Below are positions 50,309 to 64,000 of a stretch of 64,000 bases of DNA, one piece after another. Source of the stretch: Vicugna vicugna (taxonomy: Eukaryota). Where the stretch lies: contig MU057521.1 of assembly GCA_013265495.1 (NCBI GenBank), positions 1,872,335 through 1,936,334 of the forward strand. The letters are read 5' to 3'. The first letter of the stretch is position 1. Each line of letters starts with the position of its first letter. The notes under the pieces were generated by a model. It did no database searches. It saw nothing but the letters and a program-made list of their open reading frames with translations, and was not told where the DNA came from. A program made the translations under genes and the position numbers.

Positions 50309-53300
50309 GCCTTAGCACACTGGCTCCACCCAATCACCTGGAGGGGTGCGTCCCCCACACCTGACCTTGACCTGAGCGCTGCAAGCATGTCGCATGTCCA
50401 CCTGCCCATCCACCTGCCCATCCACCTGACATTCACAGGAACAGAAACAGAGGCTTCCTTCCAAGGCCTGATTTGGCGTGGGGTGGGGGCTCCCCTGTTC
50501 TGCTCAGTAACTCAAACCAGTGGACTTCATAACCCAGGGGCCTGTGCCCAGAGTCCTGATTTCCCAATTTCTGAGCCAACCAGAGATGCAGGTAGAAGCG
50601 TCTGCCCAGAGGCGGCTGGGGGTGGAGAGTAAACCGTGGAGACGCCCTCCAGCTTCTCCTTTCTCCTCTCCCGGAGCTCAGTGAGGAGAACACACCGCAG
50701 CCACTCACACAAGCCTGGGGCCACCCCCCTTCCCGCTTAGACAGCGAGTCCCGGAGCTAAATAAGAAAGCCTTCGCACAAATAAACAATTAAGTTAATGG
50801 TGGGTCTGACAATTCGTTTTTGTTTTCCTGAGGAATTAAGTGGGTTTGGCGGCCTCTATTTGGATAAACCAGAAGGCAAGAAGATAAAAGAATAGAGCCC
50901 AAGTCCCTTTATTTTTTAAGTGGGGAAACTGAGTCCCAGAGAAGTGAAATGCCAAGCGGCATGGAGGCCAGGCCCAGACACCTCATGACGCCTTGTTCTA
51001 AACAGTTTCCAATGTTCCCCTCCATCCAGCAGCATCCCGGAGCGTGGCCCAGGGGCTCCTCAGAGTGTGAGCCACCAGCTACATCTGTACCTCAAGAGAT
51101 GGCTCATCTCATAGAAACCGTTTCCAGGGGTTGGCTCATAAGACAACGCAAGGGGCAACTGAACAGAATCCCCTCGAGGGGGACCTGTGCCTGGCTCTGT
51201 GACACTGTTTTCAGTGAGAAGTTGTATTAGCTGTTTTCGGCTTTAACCTTGAACTCCAGCTGGCTTTATCTTCTCTCACTTATTATAATGCTAATGCCAT
51301 GCACGGTGTAAAGGTCACACCTGTGTCTATACGTCATAAGTCATCAGAGTACCGTGAAGAGAACACTATGTGGTCTCTATCAGAAGATCAAAAAAGAAGA
51401 GCAAGAGGCGGGCGCTGCCCCTGACTCGGGCGCCCGGCCCCCCTCGAACACGGGACGGGACGGGCCCACCACGGCTACTGGAGGCTGACCTCCAGGCCAG
51501 GCACACACTGTTTATTGACAGAGACACAAACAGGCACCTGCCTGGTTTCAGGGTGACTAGGGAGTTTCCAGTCTGGATATGAGAAAACTTTTACACTGTA
51601 CCCAAACATTCTTTCTCTTTTTTTTAAAAAGCCAAAATTAGAAAGAAAACAAACATAGACATGGTTCAACGTAGCAGGAAAAAGAAACTCAGAAGTCAAG
51701 ATATTTCATAAGAAAAACTCTGACTGGGTCTGAACTCACCTGGCCTAGAGTCCAGGGTTCCTGTGATGGAGGTGGGGACCGGGCGTGGACCCCCGGGGCC
51801 TGGGAAGCTAGCTGTCCTCAGACAGGTGCCCGGGTAGGAGGTCCCTCCCAGCGCCCACACTGCAGGAGTGGACTGGTTGGACGCTGGGGGAGTGAGAAAG
51901 CCACAGAGTTCCCAGAGGAGTGTTTTTACTTTAACCTAGCGGTGCCTTGAGGTGCAATTAATAAGTAACTGCCGAGAGCAACTCCACAGCGAAGGCACTT
52001 AGCCACTGCTGCCCTCTGCCAACGCAGAATAACCTGATACTGTTTACCTGGCCGCCCAGTGACCCGGCCCTCACAGGCATTTCACTAATTAGCATAGTCC
52101 CTCACAGCCCCGCCTGGGGACTGGCTGTCACACGCTCCCCTGCATTCCAGGCCTCAGTCTGGGCCCGGCCCTCCGAGCCCCCCAAGCAGCCTGCCAGCCC
52201 GTCCCAAGAGCCCCAAGATCTGCCTTCCTTCAGGGGCCCCCTGTCCACCTGTAGGCACATCGGACCCAAGACTGTCCCAGGGCCAGGATCCAAAGCCTAC
52301 ATTCATCTTCAAGAAGGCATCCTCTGGAGTGGTGTGGGAAAAAAGCTTTTTCGCTTGAAAATCACCCTGTATTGTACTGACTTGAAAACAGGTTGGTCAG
52401 CTTCCATTAAGCCAGGTTGTAACTGGAACTGATCGTGTCCATTAACGCATAAAACGCCAACAGTATTTTATAAAGCTGCCAGTCACCATTTAGGCCATGG
52501 TGAGTCATTAGTTCATGTGAGATTTATCAGTTTATAAAAGGGACTGGATTATTGAAAATCATGTGAATATAGATTTATACTCAGATTATCGACCTACAAA
52601 AAAAAAAGTGTCTCCATGGAGCTCTTGTCTCCCAAACAGTGAAGAGCAAGTTATCCTCCCTCTCACCCTCTCCAGTCCCTGCTCGAAAGAGAGCTGGGAT
52701 CACGCTTAAGCAAATCAGAGGTAGGGCTGGGCAAGCGATCTTCACCAAAATCACAAAAACACAACTGAAAGAGAACTATTCTTAAGAAAGATTCATGTAC
52801 CATAAAAGGGGAATTTCCAGAAGCCTCCGATATTAGCAATTCGCTCTTCCATTCCCTTCCTCTCGAGTTTCAAGATGAGATGATGACAAAAAGCCTGACC
52901 TGTCAGAAAAGAACACGAAACTCCGTATACAAACGTGGAAACCGGCACGGTTTACCCTTGCGGGAATTTCCACGCCTGCTCTTCCGGGTCGCCAAGAAGA
53001 GGAGGAAAGAGAGAGAGAAAGCAGAGGAAACCGGTGCCCCCACTCACCCCCGTTCAGACATAGCCACGAACCCTGTTTTCTTACTTTAATATAAATAACA
53101 CTACTTACTGAGCACATGCTTTATGTTTCTTGTGGGGCAAAAATAGTTTTTCCAAAGTAAACATTCTGAAAGGACTTTTTTTTTTTAAGAAGCAGAGATA
53201 GCTGGGAATTTTCTCAAGACTGGTGCAAGCATGGATGTCTCTCCTTTCACTTTCCATTTTTACATATGCCCTTAAGGCCAACACGCACGGGCTAATTTCA

Positions 53301-53711
53301 GTAGAATGTTCCAGAGTGAGGGGAAGCGCTCCGTCTCAGGGGATCAGTGGTCATTTATTGGACAGTCACTTTTTCTACTGGGATATTCGGTACCGTAGGG
53401 GAGCCGTGTTCAGGAAACAGAAGACAAAATCCAGTTCAGCAGGGAAATAAGCCGAACAAAAATGGACATCAAGATAAAAAAAAAAACCACATATGAAAAC
53501 ACAGACGCATGCACATAACCAGCTGTAGTTTCTATAAGCCGGGCTCAATCTGCTCGCCTTGCAAAGATTTCCCGTACAGTGGGGGACTGCCCACGTGTAT
53601 TTCTCAGTTTCTACTGGCCAACTCTTAAGGTTTCTACATCCCTTTAAGTGGAGTCATTTACATCATATCCACTTTTTATTTTTTCCAAACTCTCGCCACT
53701 TCACTATCTTA

Positions 53712-53860
53712 AAAATTTTCGTGGAGGTATAATTTACATACAGCAAAGTGAGCATGTTTTCTGGGTACAGTCTGATGAATTCTGACAAAAGCAAACAACC
53801 CTGGAACCCAATCCCCTATCAAGATAAGCAGCATTTCCATCCTCCCAGAAAGATCCCTCG
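53712..53860 (-). mobile_element. L1M 3'-end fragment
   Basis: gaggtataatttacatacagcaaagtg..gtacagtctgatgaattctgacaaa..catttccatcctcccagaaag. Confidence 0.75.
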
Positions 53861-56800
53861 AAGCCACTTCGTTTTAAAATTATTTGCATCTGAATGTTTT
53901 AGCTCAGAGATTATCAGAGCCAAATGTGTGGGAAGCAAGCCTCACCATCAATCATCTACTGCAAACACAGGTTGTGAAGGTTCTGAAGATGGTGCGTGAG
54001 CTTGCACAGACACGCCTGCAGGGACAGGCGCTTTTATTAAGTGCCAAGGGGCTTTTCAGGGACAAGCACAGGGGCCCCTCTCAGCAGCCCTGCTGGCAAC
54101 CTGACCGTGAAATGAGGACCAAGTGGGTTTCTTTTCTGGTTTTGTTCTTTAGGCATCAGGGTTGACATGTTTAGAAAGAGGAAAGTTGAGGCAGGACAGT
54201 CAGATCCACCCTGTTCTCAGAGGAGTAAATGCTCTGATGAGGAGGGTCCAACCACAGCTCAGAGTGCTCCTTTCCAGCATTCTGTTGCAACATCGAAAGA
54301 GGAGTTCACATGACCAGGCAAATCAGAAATTGTCTTCACATTTCCTGTTTTCCAAATTTCCGAGGAGACCTTCAGGGAATGTCTGGCCCAGAGTCACACG
54401 TTCAGGGTGAGGAACAGTGACTCTACTCTGCCGTGATGTTGCCCTATGGTGAGGGAGGAGGGGCGGGGTGGGAGAAAAAACAAGGCCAACTGTGCTTCTT
54501 TTGGGATGGGGGTGGGGACACCCCCGATCCAATGAACCAAAATTCTGGCAGAGGGGCTGGGAGCAGAAGACCAGACACAGCAGGAGCCGGTCCCTCTCTA
54601 CTTCTGGCTTCTTAAGAAAGGTTGAGCTACTTCGTCAACATTTGACTTGTGCGTCTTCAAAAGAACAGAATGATACACGTCCCAAAATATTATGTAGGAA
54701 GCAGGTTTTTTTTTTTAAATCACTTTTCCAAGATGGTACCCGAGGTAATCCTTTCTTAAATCCTCCAGCAATCAAAACAATGTGGTTACAAAAGTTTACA
54801 ACTTTCAAACCTTTCAAAGGTCACCTCCCTGCCTCACACCCTCTCACATTAAGAGCATAACGGATATTTTGAGTCACACGTATTGTTCTTTGTACATTTG
54901 CATTTGGTGAAATCCCTCTTTTGGACCAATTTAGCAAGCAGTGCCTTCGCCTCCCTTGGTGAGTGTTCGCTTGTATTCTCTCTGTAGTTGTGTGTGTGTG
55001 TGTGTCAGAGAAGTTTAGACTCCCAGTGGACAAGATGAAGGTGCAGGCTTCATCATCTACGTTCTCTTTTTGCTTGAATGGCTTTTCCATCTTGCTTGGG
55101 ATGGAATTCCTCCTCCTTCACAACAAACTAAGCCCTTCAAGGCTCGGCCGAAGTGCATGCACTCCACCACGCTCTCGGACCTCCTCTCCTTGGCCCCTCC
55201 CTTCCTGACCTTTGGTTGAACTGACATACTTCTCCATATTTCAGGCTCAGATGGTGTGGTCTCCACCACCAGACTGTGTTATTGAGGGTCTTAACCAAGA
55301 GTTTCCAGGCCAATGGCAAAGTGAGACTGTAAGAGAAAGATTGGCTAAATGGAAAACTGAACCCAAGCACCCAGTGCTCCAGTGCAGGGGAGGAGAGTCT
55401 CACCTCCAAACACAACGCAGGGCAAAGAGCTCTCGGGCCCGGGACCCCGTCTTCCCAGCAGATGCGCTGTGCACGCCAGCTGTCACGGGAGGCCGAGTGC
55501 TTTCTGAGGCTGCCTGCTCACTCCCCCGGCTGCATGTGGAAGCCAACGGTGCTGGCTTTTAGAAACATATTTCTTTCTCTATGAGTAATTTAAAAATGAC
55601 TCATGCTCTCAGCTTCACCAGCCGGTCCATGTGACCCGCGGTGCTGGTTGAGTGTATCTATAGATGTGTAAACCAAAGCAGTTCTTAGAACACAGATTTC
55701 CCCCCTCCCACGTGCTGTTTATTTCCCTCCACTTCACAGGGCCGGAGCGGGGAGGCAGATGAGCTGCCCGGGGCCTGGCGGCTTCGCACTCAGACCTGGA
55801 ACGGGCCCACTAGGAGGAAACACAGCCCGGCATCCAGCAGGAGAAAAGACTGGAGGAGGGAAGAGACAGGCGAATGAGCCAATAAACTTACTTCGTGTGA
55901 GTAGGTGATCAAGGAGCTCTGAGGAAGACCCATACAAATCGAATACGATGAGGATTCATATCAACGAAAGCTCCTCCAAGTTCTGCCTGTCTCTGCTCCA
56001 GCTGAGATTCAGGCCTAAAGAAGCAGAGGTCAGCCCCCACCCTCCACCACCTCAAACCGCCCACCACTTCATTTCTAAAACAGGAAAACACCCCTCGGGC
56101 CTGGTGTGGTTTGATTTGGTAGCTCACGTATAGGAACATGTTTTACTGTCTCCAGCTTCACTCCTCCATCCCTGGAGGAGGCTGCGAGGCCAGCCCAGGG
56201 CCCTGCTGCTGCAGGAGGGACCCCGGGTGACACAGCTGACGAGCACGCCAGATAGTGCTTCCCACCTCCTCTCACTTCCTTTTTCTATTAAACCAAATCT
56301 AAAAACGCGCTTGCAAAGACCTCCAGAGTCTGGCCTCTCTCGCTTTATTTTCCGGTGCTGTCTGTGTTACCTGTGCGATTTCTCCTTGGCCGCGGCCGGG
56401 TAGTGTCTGCACCGCCCCTCGGTCGAGCTGAAGCGTTCCCACCCCAGAGCTTCGCCCACCCCCTCCGAACCCCCCGACGACCTTCAGCACCACCCTCCGT
56501 CTCTCCACCCACCTGGCGCCTTGTGACCTCCATCATCAACTGTTCACCCCATCCTCAAACTCAGCTCATCCCGCCAAAAGCCTTCCAGGGAGCCTCCCCC
56601 GGCCATTCAAGTGGTCTCAGCGTCTAGGTCGCCTGAATGTCTCCCACACTTCATTTTGTCTCCCCTCCAGCTCTGTTTTGCTACCTGATACACCATAGCC
56701 CCGTGTCTCCAGTTTGAGTGCAAGTTCTCTGAGGAGGGGAATCGCAGCAGTGGGCGACTTGAACTTCCCAATGAAAAGAAGTAGTATTTTATTTTTGCCA

Positions 56801-56979
56801 AAAAGTAACGGCAAAGTGTAATGTGCAAGGTCTTACCGAATGTCCAGCCCTCTGTTTACTGTGACTGCACGTCGGCTGAAAGATGAACTTTACTCTCCAT
56901 CTTAGTCGGAGGCCACGTGGGGAGGACTAAATGCACTGAATATTTGACAAAATGACAAAAACAGGCAACGACAGGCATT

Positions 56980-57185
56980 CACACAGCACCGTGTTCAAGC
57001 ACTGAGCTAAGCATTTTACCAACGGCAGTTCACCTGAGCCTCACCCGCACTGCATGAAGTAGGCACGGCTATTATCCCCGCTTCACACGGGAGGAGGCAG
57101 AACAGGTCACTTGTCCAGAGCCACACAGTCAGAAAGTGCTGGATTCAAGCTCAGGTCCCAGGGCTCCAGGCTGCGCTCTTAGGTT
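56980..57185 (-). mobile_element. MIR SINE
   Basis: gcactgagctaagcattttac..atgaagtagg..tattatcccc..cacttgtccagagccacacag..ggattcaagctcagg. Confidence 0.65.
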
Positions 57186-60100
57186 CTAGGCTATATTCCT
57201 CTTAACAGGTGTGTGTTTTCAGGAGCCCGTCTTCTACACGGATACCTCGTCGCAGTTAGGGACACCAAAAAAACCATCGTCACGCAGGTCCAATGTAAAG
57301 AGAACTGACGGTTAGATGTCACCTTGCAGAGAAACTTCAAAAAGAAGCATGGCCTTATGGGAGCTAAATAAACAGCATCTCTGAAGTGGAGGGAGTAAAA
57401 TCTGCGGGCCCGTCCTGGGGCCCGGGCAGAGTGGCACTGAGCATGCTCAGCAGGAACACCAGGGTCAGACCTCTGGGCAACTTTGCTCTAGAATCCCCTT
57501 CAGACCAATGTTACTATACACTCAACAGAACCTTCCCAAATCCTTAATTTCTCAACATAAAGAAACTCAGTACCACCCAAATCACAGCTGCAGTGAGATC
57601 TGTTCACTGTATTTAAAATATCATCTCGCAGGCCCACACATGGCAGGCCTGAGAACTCCAGATTAGGTACAAGGAGAAAAGCCTCATCTTGGTGGTCACA
57701 TCATGGCAGGAAATGATGCCACCAGCAATTATTCATGTATTAGCAGTTGCTTAAGTACCATAAGGCTTTTAGGGGAAAAGATTGTGAGCCAGTGGTTGGA
57801 AATGAAGCCCCATTATTAATGTAGTCAAGCTATTCAGCTGGATTCAATAAAATAAAAAGCCTTGCCCGGACCAGTGTCTGTAGAAGAAGATGCTAAGAGC
57901 TAGTTTTTAAAAATCTGGTTTTATTGAATCCAGGCTTTATACACAGCATTCCTTCTTCCCAAATGGCTGAGAAATCATCCCATGCATTTTAAGCCATTTG
58001 GGAGGAAATGGACTTAAGCTGTGTCGAGAAAGCACAGCTAGATTTAAGGAGAGCAATTCATAGTGTTTGAGGTGGCGGAAACCTTGGTAGCCCCTGGACA
58101 AATAAAATGGCCAAGCAGGCTGCGAAATCCTCTTTTATCAATTCAGTTCAGGTTAAAAACCATTCCTGGGAACCTTCCATGTGCCAGGCCCCGAGCATCC
58201 CCAGAAGAACAAAATATAACCCCTGTTCATGAGGAGTTTACAGCCCAGGAGAAGGAAACGGGAGTTCGGGACTGCCACACTAGGAGAAGTGTTCTTGTCT
58301 GGATGAATAAATTTGGTAACAGCTCTGTCTCTGTGTCTGCACCTCTCCCTGGACTTGCCACTGTCACTTTTTATGTCTCTGGCTCGGTCTTCATTGTTTT
58401 GGGACAGTTGTGTCCCCATCTCCCAGGCCCCAAGCCTCAGACCTCTCTGGCCTGGTGGCCCGCTGGCATGGTCTGTGTGTATCCCTCCAGCCACATCCTT
58501 GGCCAACTGCTCCTCCTGCCCCCACTGCCCTGCTCAGCGGCCCAGGTCATGCTGGGCAGTAACGCCAGGAGACCTTTCTGAGCCTGAATATCTCTTGTCT
58601 TTGTTGGCTGCACAGCCTGGAGAGAAGCCACAGGAATAATTTACTCATTGGGTGAGGCATCAGCCCAGGTGTGTCATATTCACCCGCTTGACAAACATTT
58701 GCCAAATATGCCAAGAGCCCAGGTACAGAGGACGAGAAAAGGCTTAGGTAAGACCGCCCTCAAGGACCTTCGGGTCTAGAGAAGAAACCAAAAGACCTCA
58801 GCCCAAGGGGAAGTGTAAATAACAAATACACCGTATGGCAAGGTTAACCAAACAGAGCTGACTCCCAGGGAGGGTCTAACTGAACCAGTCAGCACTGAAA
58901 ACCAATCCCTAATGCACAGAGTTCTTGTGCCAGAACACCTTCCAAGCTGTGCTGTCTACCGTAGAGCAGGCCCGTCGCCTTTTCGTTAAACCACGGGCCT
59001 TAATCCAGTATCAGGTACGGTCAGGGCTGCAGGCCCACTGGACACAAAGCCTGTGTGAGGACCCGCTGCTGACCACGCCCCCCACCCCACGAGGGACCGT
59101 GGGAGTGGCAGTGACGCAGGGAGACTGTCCAATACGATGCCCCCGAGAGACAGGCACTGGGACACAGGGACATCAGGAGGAGCCGAGGAGGAGAGCGACA
59201 GCTCCAAGGGAAAGAGGAGGATGTTCTACGGAGGAGAAACCCGGCCAAACTTTGGATTGAGCCTTGAAAGATGAAAGGGTTTCTATTTGGGGAGAATTAA
59301 GGGGAGCACTCCAGACAGATTAGCTGCCAGGCACCCCAGGGGTGGTGCAGGGATCAAACATGCACACCTGACTGGCTCTGGGATACGCTCTTGGGCATAT
59401 AGGTTCACAGCGATGTCCCCACCATCACACTGTCACTTCCAGTTCTCCTAAAACCCCTCAAAGTCATGTCCTGCCTCCAGCCCCGATTCCTCCCAGCTCC
59501 CTTCACGTTTACTCCTTCCAGGCTCCTAGGATCCTGGTGACGCCCTTCGCCAGCTCACAGGACTTCCCAGCAAACCTGGGTTTCCAGCTCATCTTGGCTC
59601 CATTGCCCTCGACCCCCCACGGTGGCATTCGGAGCTGGTCCTTTCACTCCTATGCCTTCTGTCAGCCATTGTATGTCAAGGGCGGAGTGTCAGAGGAAAC
59701 AGTAATACTCAATGATGAAACACGCAGACAACAGCTACCAGCTGAGGACATTTGTATAAGGTAGGCTAACAGTCACACGCCGAGAGGCTACCTTACCGTT
59801 TGTCACCCCAGCTCTCCCTGGCTGAGACCATATAACAGAACTATGGACAGTGCATGTACATATTATACATACAAACAATGAACTCTAATGAAACACATTT
59901 TGGCGGGAAATCATTTCAGAAACCAACAGTATCACAGTGAATTGGTACTCCTCAGAAAGGTGTTAAATGGGGGTAAGTAGTAACAAACCCAACACTGGGC
60001 AGATGATCTAATTGTGTTGACTTTTGATAGCTAACTGAGGGGAGACAGGACGTCAGACTGGTTAAGTTTGGGTAGGAAAACGTTGAAAACCACAGCCTAT

Positions 60101-63100
60101 GGAATGATGCACTCCTTAGAGTGTGGTATATTTATCATATTGGTTGACCCCCTTACCTCCCTCTCTTCGTCTTCCTTCCTCCCTTCTGCAGAGCTAGGCA
60201 CTGGGCTAGAAGCTGAGACTCCAGAGAAGAATGTGGGCCCTGCCTTACGGCGCTCACATGCCAGCCAGGGAGACCAGCGGCTCCCAGATCCTCACGTCGC
60301 CACGTGATAAGGTGCTGTAACAGAGGAACGTGGGAGATGCTACAGGAGCACGGGGAAGGTGGCACGTGTTCTGAGTGGGTTTTAGTGGACTCTCTGGCAC
60401 AGAATTCTGTAATAAGTATTTCTCGCACGTCTCCTTGCCGGGGGGCTGGCAGTCTTTCACAATCACCTATTCTCATTCTTTCTCCTTTTCTGTCTTCTCT
60501 CCCTCTCTCCCTTCCTTCCTCCAACAGCTATTCATCTCTCTCTCTCTCTCCATGCATCTAACTGTAACATTTTAAATTATGTAGCTTTCTAAGACAGGCT
60601 CCTGTCTTTGCTGCAGGGACAGCCTGGCTACCAAAGATGATTTTGCTGAAGTGAAAGCTGACACAGGGAGCTGGAGTGTCTTCTCTGGGGGTCTTTAATA
60701 AAACAGGATTCTTCTCACCTGTCTGAAATGATTAGGTGGTCCTGCCTAAAGGCAGCATAGAGGCTGTCTAGAGGACTTTTCAATAGCTCCTGTACATCCT
60801 TGTTTCCTTCGCTGCCAACAGCCCCTAAATGTCCTTGGACCCAGAGCAGCTGCCACCCTTTCAGTGGCTGCCCAGGCTAAAAGCTGAGGTGAGGAATGGT
60901 GGCCCTAGAGGGTCCATTTCCACATCCGTAGAGGTCACTGTTGCAGCCGGCTGGCTGCTGTCCTAATAAACACTGCCAGCTCTGCACTGAGATTCACACC
61001 TGGGGGACAGTCACTCATAGCTGACATCTGGAGCCAGAAATCCATGAGCTGCTTGGACTCAGAGTTTTGTTCTCTAGCTTGCATTTTCTAATGCCTTAAA
61101 GCTTCTGATCTGTTTCCAACTGGAAGGAAATGGAGACTGCTCCCTTCACTGATAAATTAATTTGGGCTCTGTAGCATAAATTTTCACAGGTTCCCTCATC
61201 TTCTATTAAGTATAAAGTCTTCCTGGAACGTCAGGGCTTTTTCGGTGGTCTGCATACCCACGGGAGAGAAAAGGAAACCTGAAGGTGGCATCTAGGACCA
61301 TGCTGACCAATGGTTATTGCACCTGCTCTACTGGAATCCCAACCAAAGGGGCTGGCCACCCTCAATAGCTGAACCTAAACCACAGCGTGTCCTCTAAACT
61401 GGAGCCCTCAAATCTTGGGGCCGCCTGTATCCTCTGAAACCTTCACTTATTCGTACTTCTGTTTTGTACATAAAGAAACATAGGTACATATAATAACGTG
61501 AATGAGCGGATATGAAATCAATCAGGCTTGTCACAGAAGGCCAGTGCATTGCTGCTGGCAGTTGGCTGGGCATTGGTACAAAGAGAATTATACCAATCAG
61601 GTTCCTTCTTCCGAAAACTGAGAATCAGAAGACCACCCTTTCATCAGGTACTCTTGGTAAATAGACTTTTTGAGATGGTTGCAAAAGGGTTAATTTCCCT
61701 TTGAGATGTCAGGAAAATATTATAAACTGAGCTTCTGTAGGATTGTCTCGTTGTGATCATCAATGTTTTCTTCCCTTTGGAATTCAAAGTGAACTTTTTT
61801 GTATAAATCTAAAATCCATGTTTTGCCTGCGGATTCATAGCCACTTGTGATGTGGATCTATCACCCGCCAATGGGGAGAGTTTAATGCATACTTTTCAAG
61901 TTTTAGTCTCCATGCTGGCCTAATGGGTTAAAAAAAAAAAAACCCTTAATTTCAAAGATCTAGCTTCAAAGATCTGACCCTTTAACCTTTTAGGAAGTGA
62001 AAGGATTTAAACAGCCTGCTGATACGTTTCGTAGTGTCCACCTTGTAATTCTACGAGCACGGTTTCAATGAGCCTGATTCACGGCCCCGGGTAGGGAGGT
62101 TAGGCGATTCTGATGAATTCAGATAAAGTGTAATGAAAATGCTTAGCAACTGGGGGCCCAGCAGGGTTCAGAAGGCTTGTGAGAGAAAAGCACTTATAAT
62201 CATGAGATGAGAAGGGATGTTACTGACAACAACTAACAGATTGATAACGTCCTTTATTCTTGTCTGAGTCTAGTTAAGTGCACTAACAAAAGAGCTACAC
62301 AATGCAATGGGTAAAATGAAACTGGAGAACCTTCTGGAAGAAAGAGACTCAAGTATATATGGTAAACATGCTTCCAGTTCTAGGAGATGGAGATAATACG
62401 CATAATGGATGGAACAGAGATTTCAGCTCTGACCTGTAGCTGGGCTAACGCATCCAAGGCACAGATGATTCCGACTGGCCCCCCACAATGCAGAGCGCTG
62501 GGCTTATTCACGGTCTACGTAGTTTAAAACCTAGCAAATGAACGCAATCTCCATGAACAGCTTCTAAAGACAGATGGAGAGCCTCCCCGCGTAGTTACTT
62601 CATGCATCCTTCCCTTCACTGACTCCCTCAGTCAGTATTACTTACTCGGTCATTATTATTAGTCCTCACTCATCTGTCTGTGGAGCAGGAACGATGCAGA
62701 CATTAAACATGCCCGGACTACTTGGCCCAAAGAGCTGGTGAGATGGATCTTGTTGTTTAATCAAAAGATAATAATTTTCCCACCTTAGATCTTCAGGGAG
62801 CCAAGGATCATGCCTTAGAGTAGGGAAAATGGGAAGTGATGAGTTCTAAACCATCAATTCTACTTGAAAATGTAAAAAGCCTTTTTATGAGGTCATGAAG
62901 GCAGAAACGTCTATCTTTACAGTGCACGAATGGTGCTCAACTCAGCACTCTAGCTCATCTTCTAGCTCATCTTTTTCACCATTATCAGCATTTCCACCGG
63001 CTCTGCACAGGATGTCTATAAATAGCGATTAAAAACTGGGGGGGATGAGGGGGCAGCGTATTGTCTAGCCTGAAATTACCTTTCAAAACCACAAAAAGTT

Positions 63101-63906
63101 TAGCTCCGATATAAAAGTTGAGATCAGTTGTTCTCTTTGTCTTATTCATGGGAGAAATGAACACATCTAAGATGAAAAAAATTCTATTTTAGCATATATC
63201 TTACGGGCTCCCTGTTAAAATACACAAATGTTAAAAACACCAACTCTGCCTGAACATTTTGGATGTTATTTGTTTAAACATGTTTGTTTTCTTACTTAAG
63301 CTAAAAATATCTTCCCCTAGTGTTTCTGAAGGGACGTTTAGACTAAAATAAAAATAAAAATAAATGACATGTTTAAAAAGTTATATTCATCAGACCTGGA
63401 GCAGAGGACAGAAAATGGGTACAGGAAGTGAATTTTAGGACCTAAGCAGTGGTTTTCCTATTTTGGTTGCTCTAAATAGATGTGGAAATACAAATTGAAA
63501 GAAAAAAAGTCCATCCCCACCCTGTACACGTGAGGAATGGAAAACTACTCCTCATACTGAGTTAAGCTTAGAAATAAATTAATATATGTCCATATAAAAA
63601 TGCTTCCTGTTATTACATATTAAATATTTATTATAGAATATTGTCTATGATCAATTTTGACTTACAGTTCCCTTTTAAGTGAGAAAAACATAATAAGAAT
63701 TTTAGCCTAGAAAGGGACATTAGACCTAAAGTTTCTTCCCTTACATAATAGAATCTTTTATTAGGAATGTCTGTGACTTCAGGAAGTCCATAAATTCCCT
63801 TAAAATAGTTGGGTAAGTTTTCTGTGTTTGTGAATTTTTCTGGGGAGAAGGTACATAGTTTTAGTGTAATTCTCAAAGGAGAAACATATATGATATTTAC
63901 TATCAT

Positions 63907-63943
63907 ACACACACACACACACAAACATACATACACACACACA
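63907..63943. repeat. Interrupted (CA)n microsatellite
   Basis: acacacacacacacacaaacatacatacacacacaca. Confidence 0.85.
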
Positions 63944-64000
63944 TATATTCATTTAATTCTTTATAAAACCCCTCCAGGGAGTCAGTGCTTTTTGACCCTC

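Larger units (their letters stand above)
28166..64000 (-). other. BCL2: Distal part of the very large last intron of BCL2 (continues beyond window)
   Basis: The upstream BH4-BH3-BH1 coding exon is not in the ORF track or sequence. The region is repeats plus unique non-coding DNA. The mammalian BCL2 last intron is known to exceed 150 kb. Confidence 0.9.

Noticed and set aside
50398..50428. Short tandem duplications (ccacctgcccat x2.5; similar ones at ~14245-14280 and ~62950-62975)
   Set aside because: Ordinary slippage duplications with no higher-order structure.
1..64000. CRISPR arrays, operons, or a novel multi-gene or RNA-guided system
   Set aside because: This is a mammalian locus with no regularly spaced repeats and no credible coding exon beyond BCL2.

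Overview
This is mammalian genomic DNA, most likely camelid (alpaca, llama or camel), judging by a camelid-type tRNA-derived SINE and young L1 3' ends. It holds the 3' end of BCL2 on the minus strand: the distal ~36 kb of the large last intron (28166 to window end), the terminal exon's 44 codons (28165-28031; end of BH2 plus the transmembrane anchor) and a ~5.3 kb 3'UTR ending near 22733. The UTR contains the AU-rich element, miR-15/16 and other miRNA seed matches, and the orthologue of the human t(14;18) major breakpoint region. Bases 1-22.7 kb are repeat-rich downstream intergenic DNA. Apart from the BCL2 exon, I judge the listed ORFs to be spurious. I found no evidence for a new protein-coding or RNA-guided system. 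The best leads are regulatory: dense intronic motif clusters (octamer/EBF1, paired NF-kB, PU.1/STAT5/AP-1), apparent lineage-specific remodelling of the 3'UTR, and a SINE with a triplicated 5' head. Repeat family names and human comparisons come from recalled sequences, not from searches, and need alignment to confirm.
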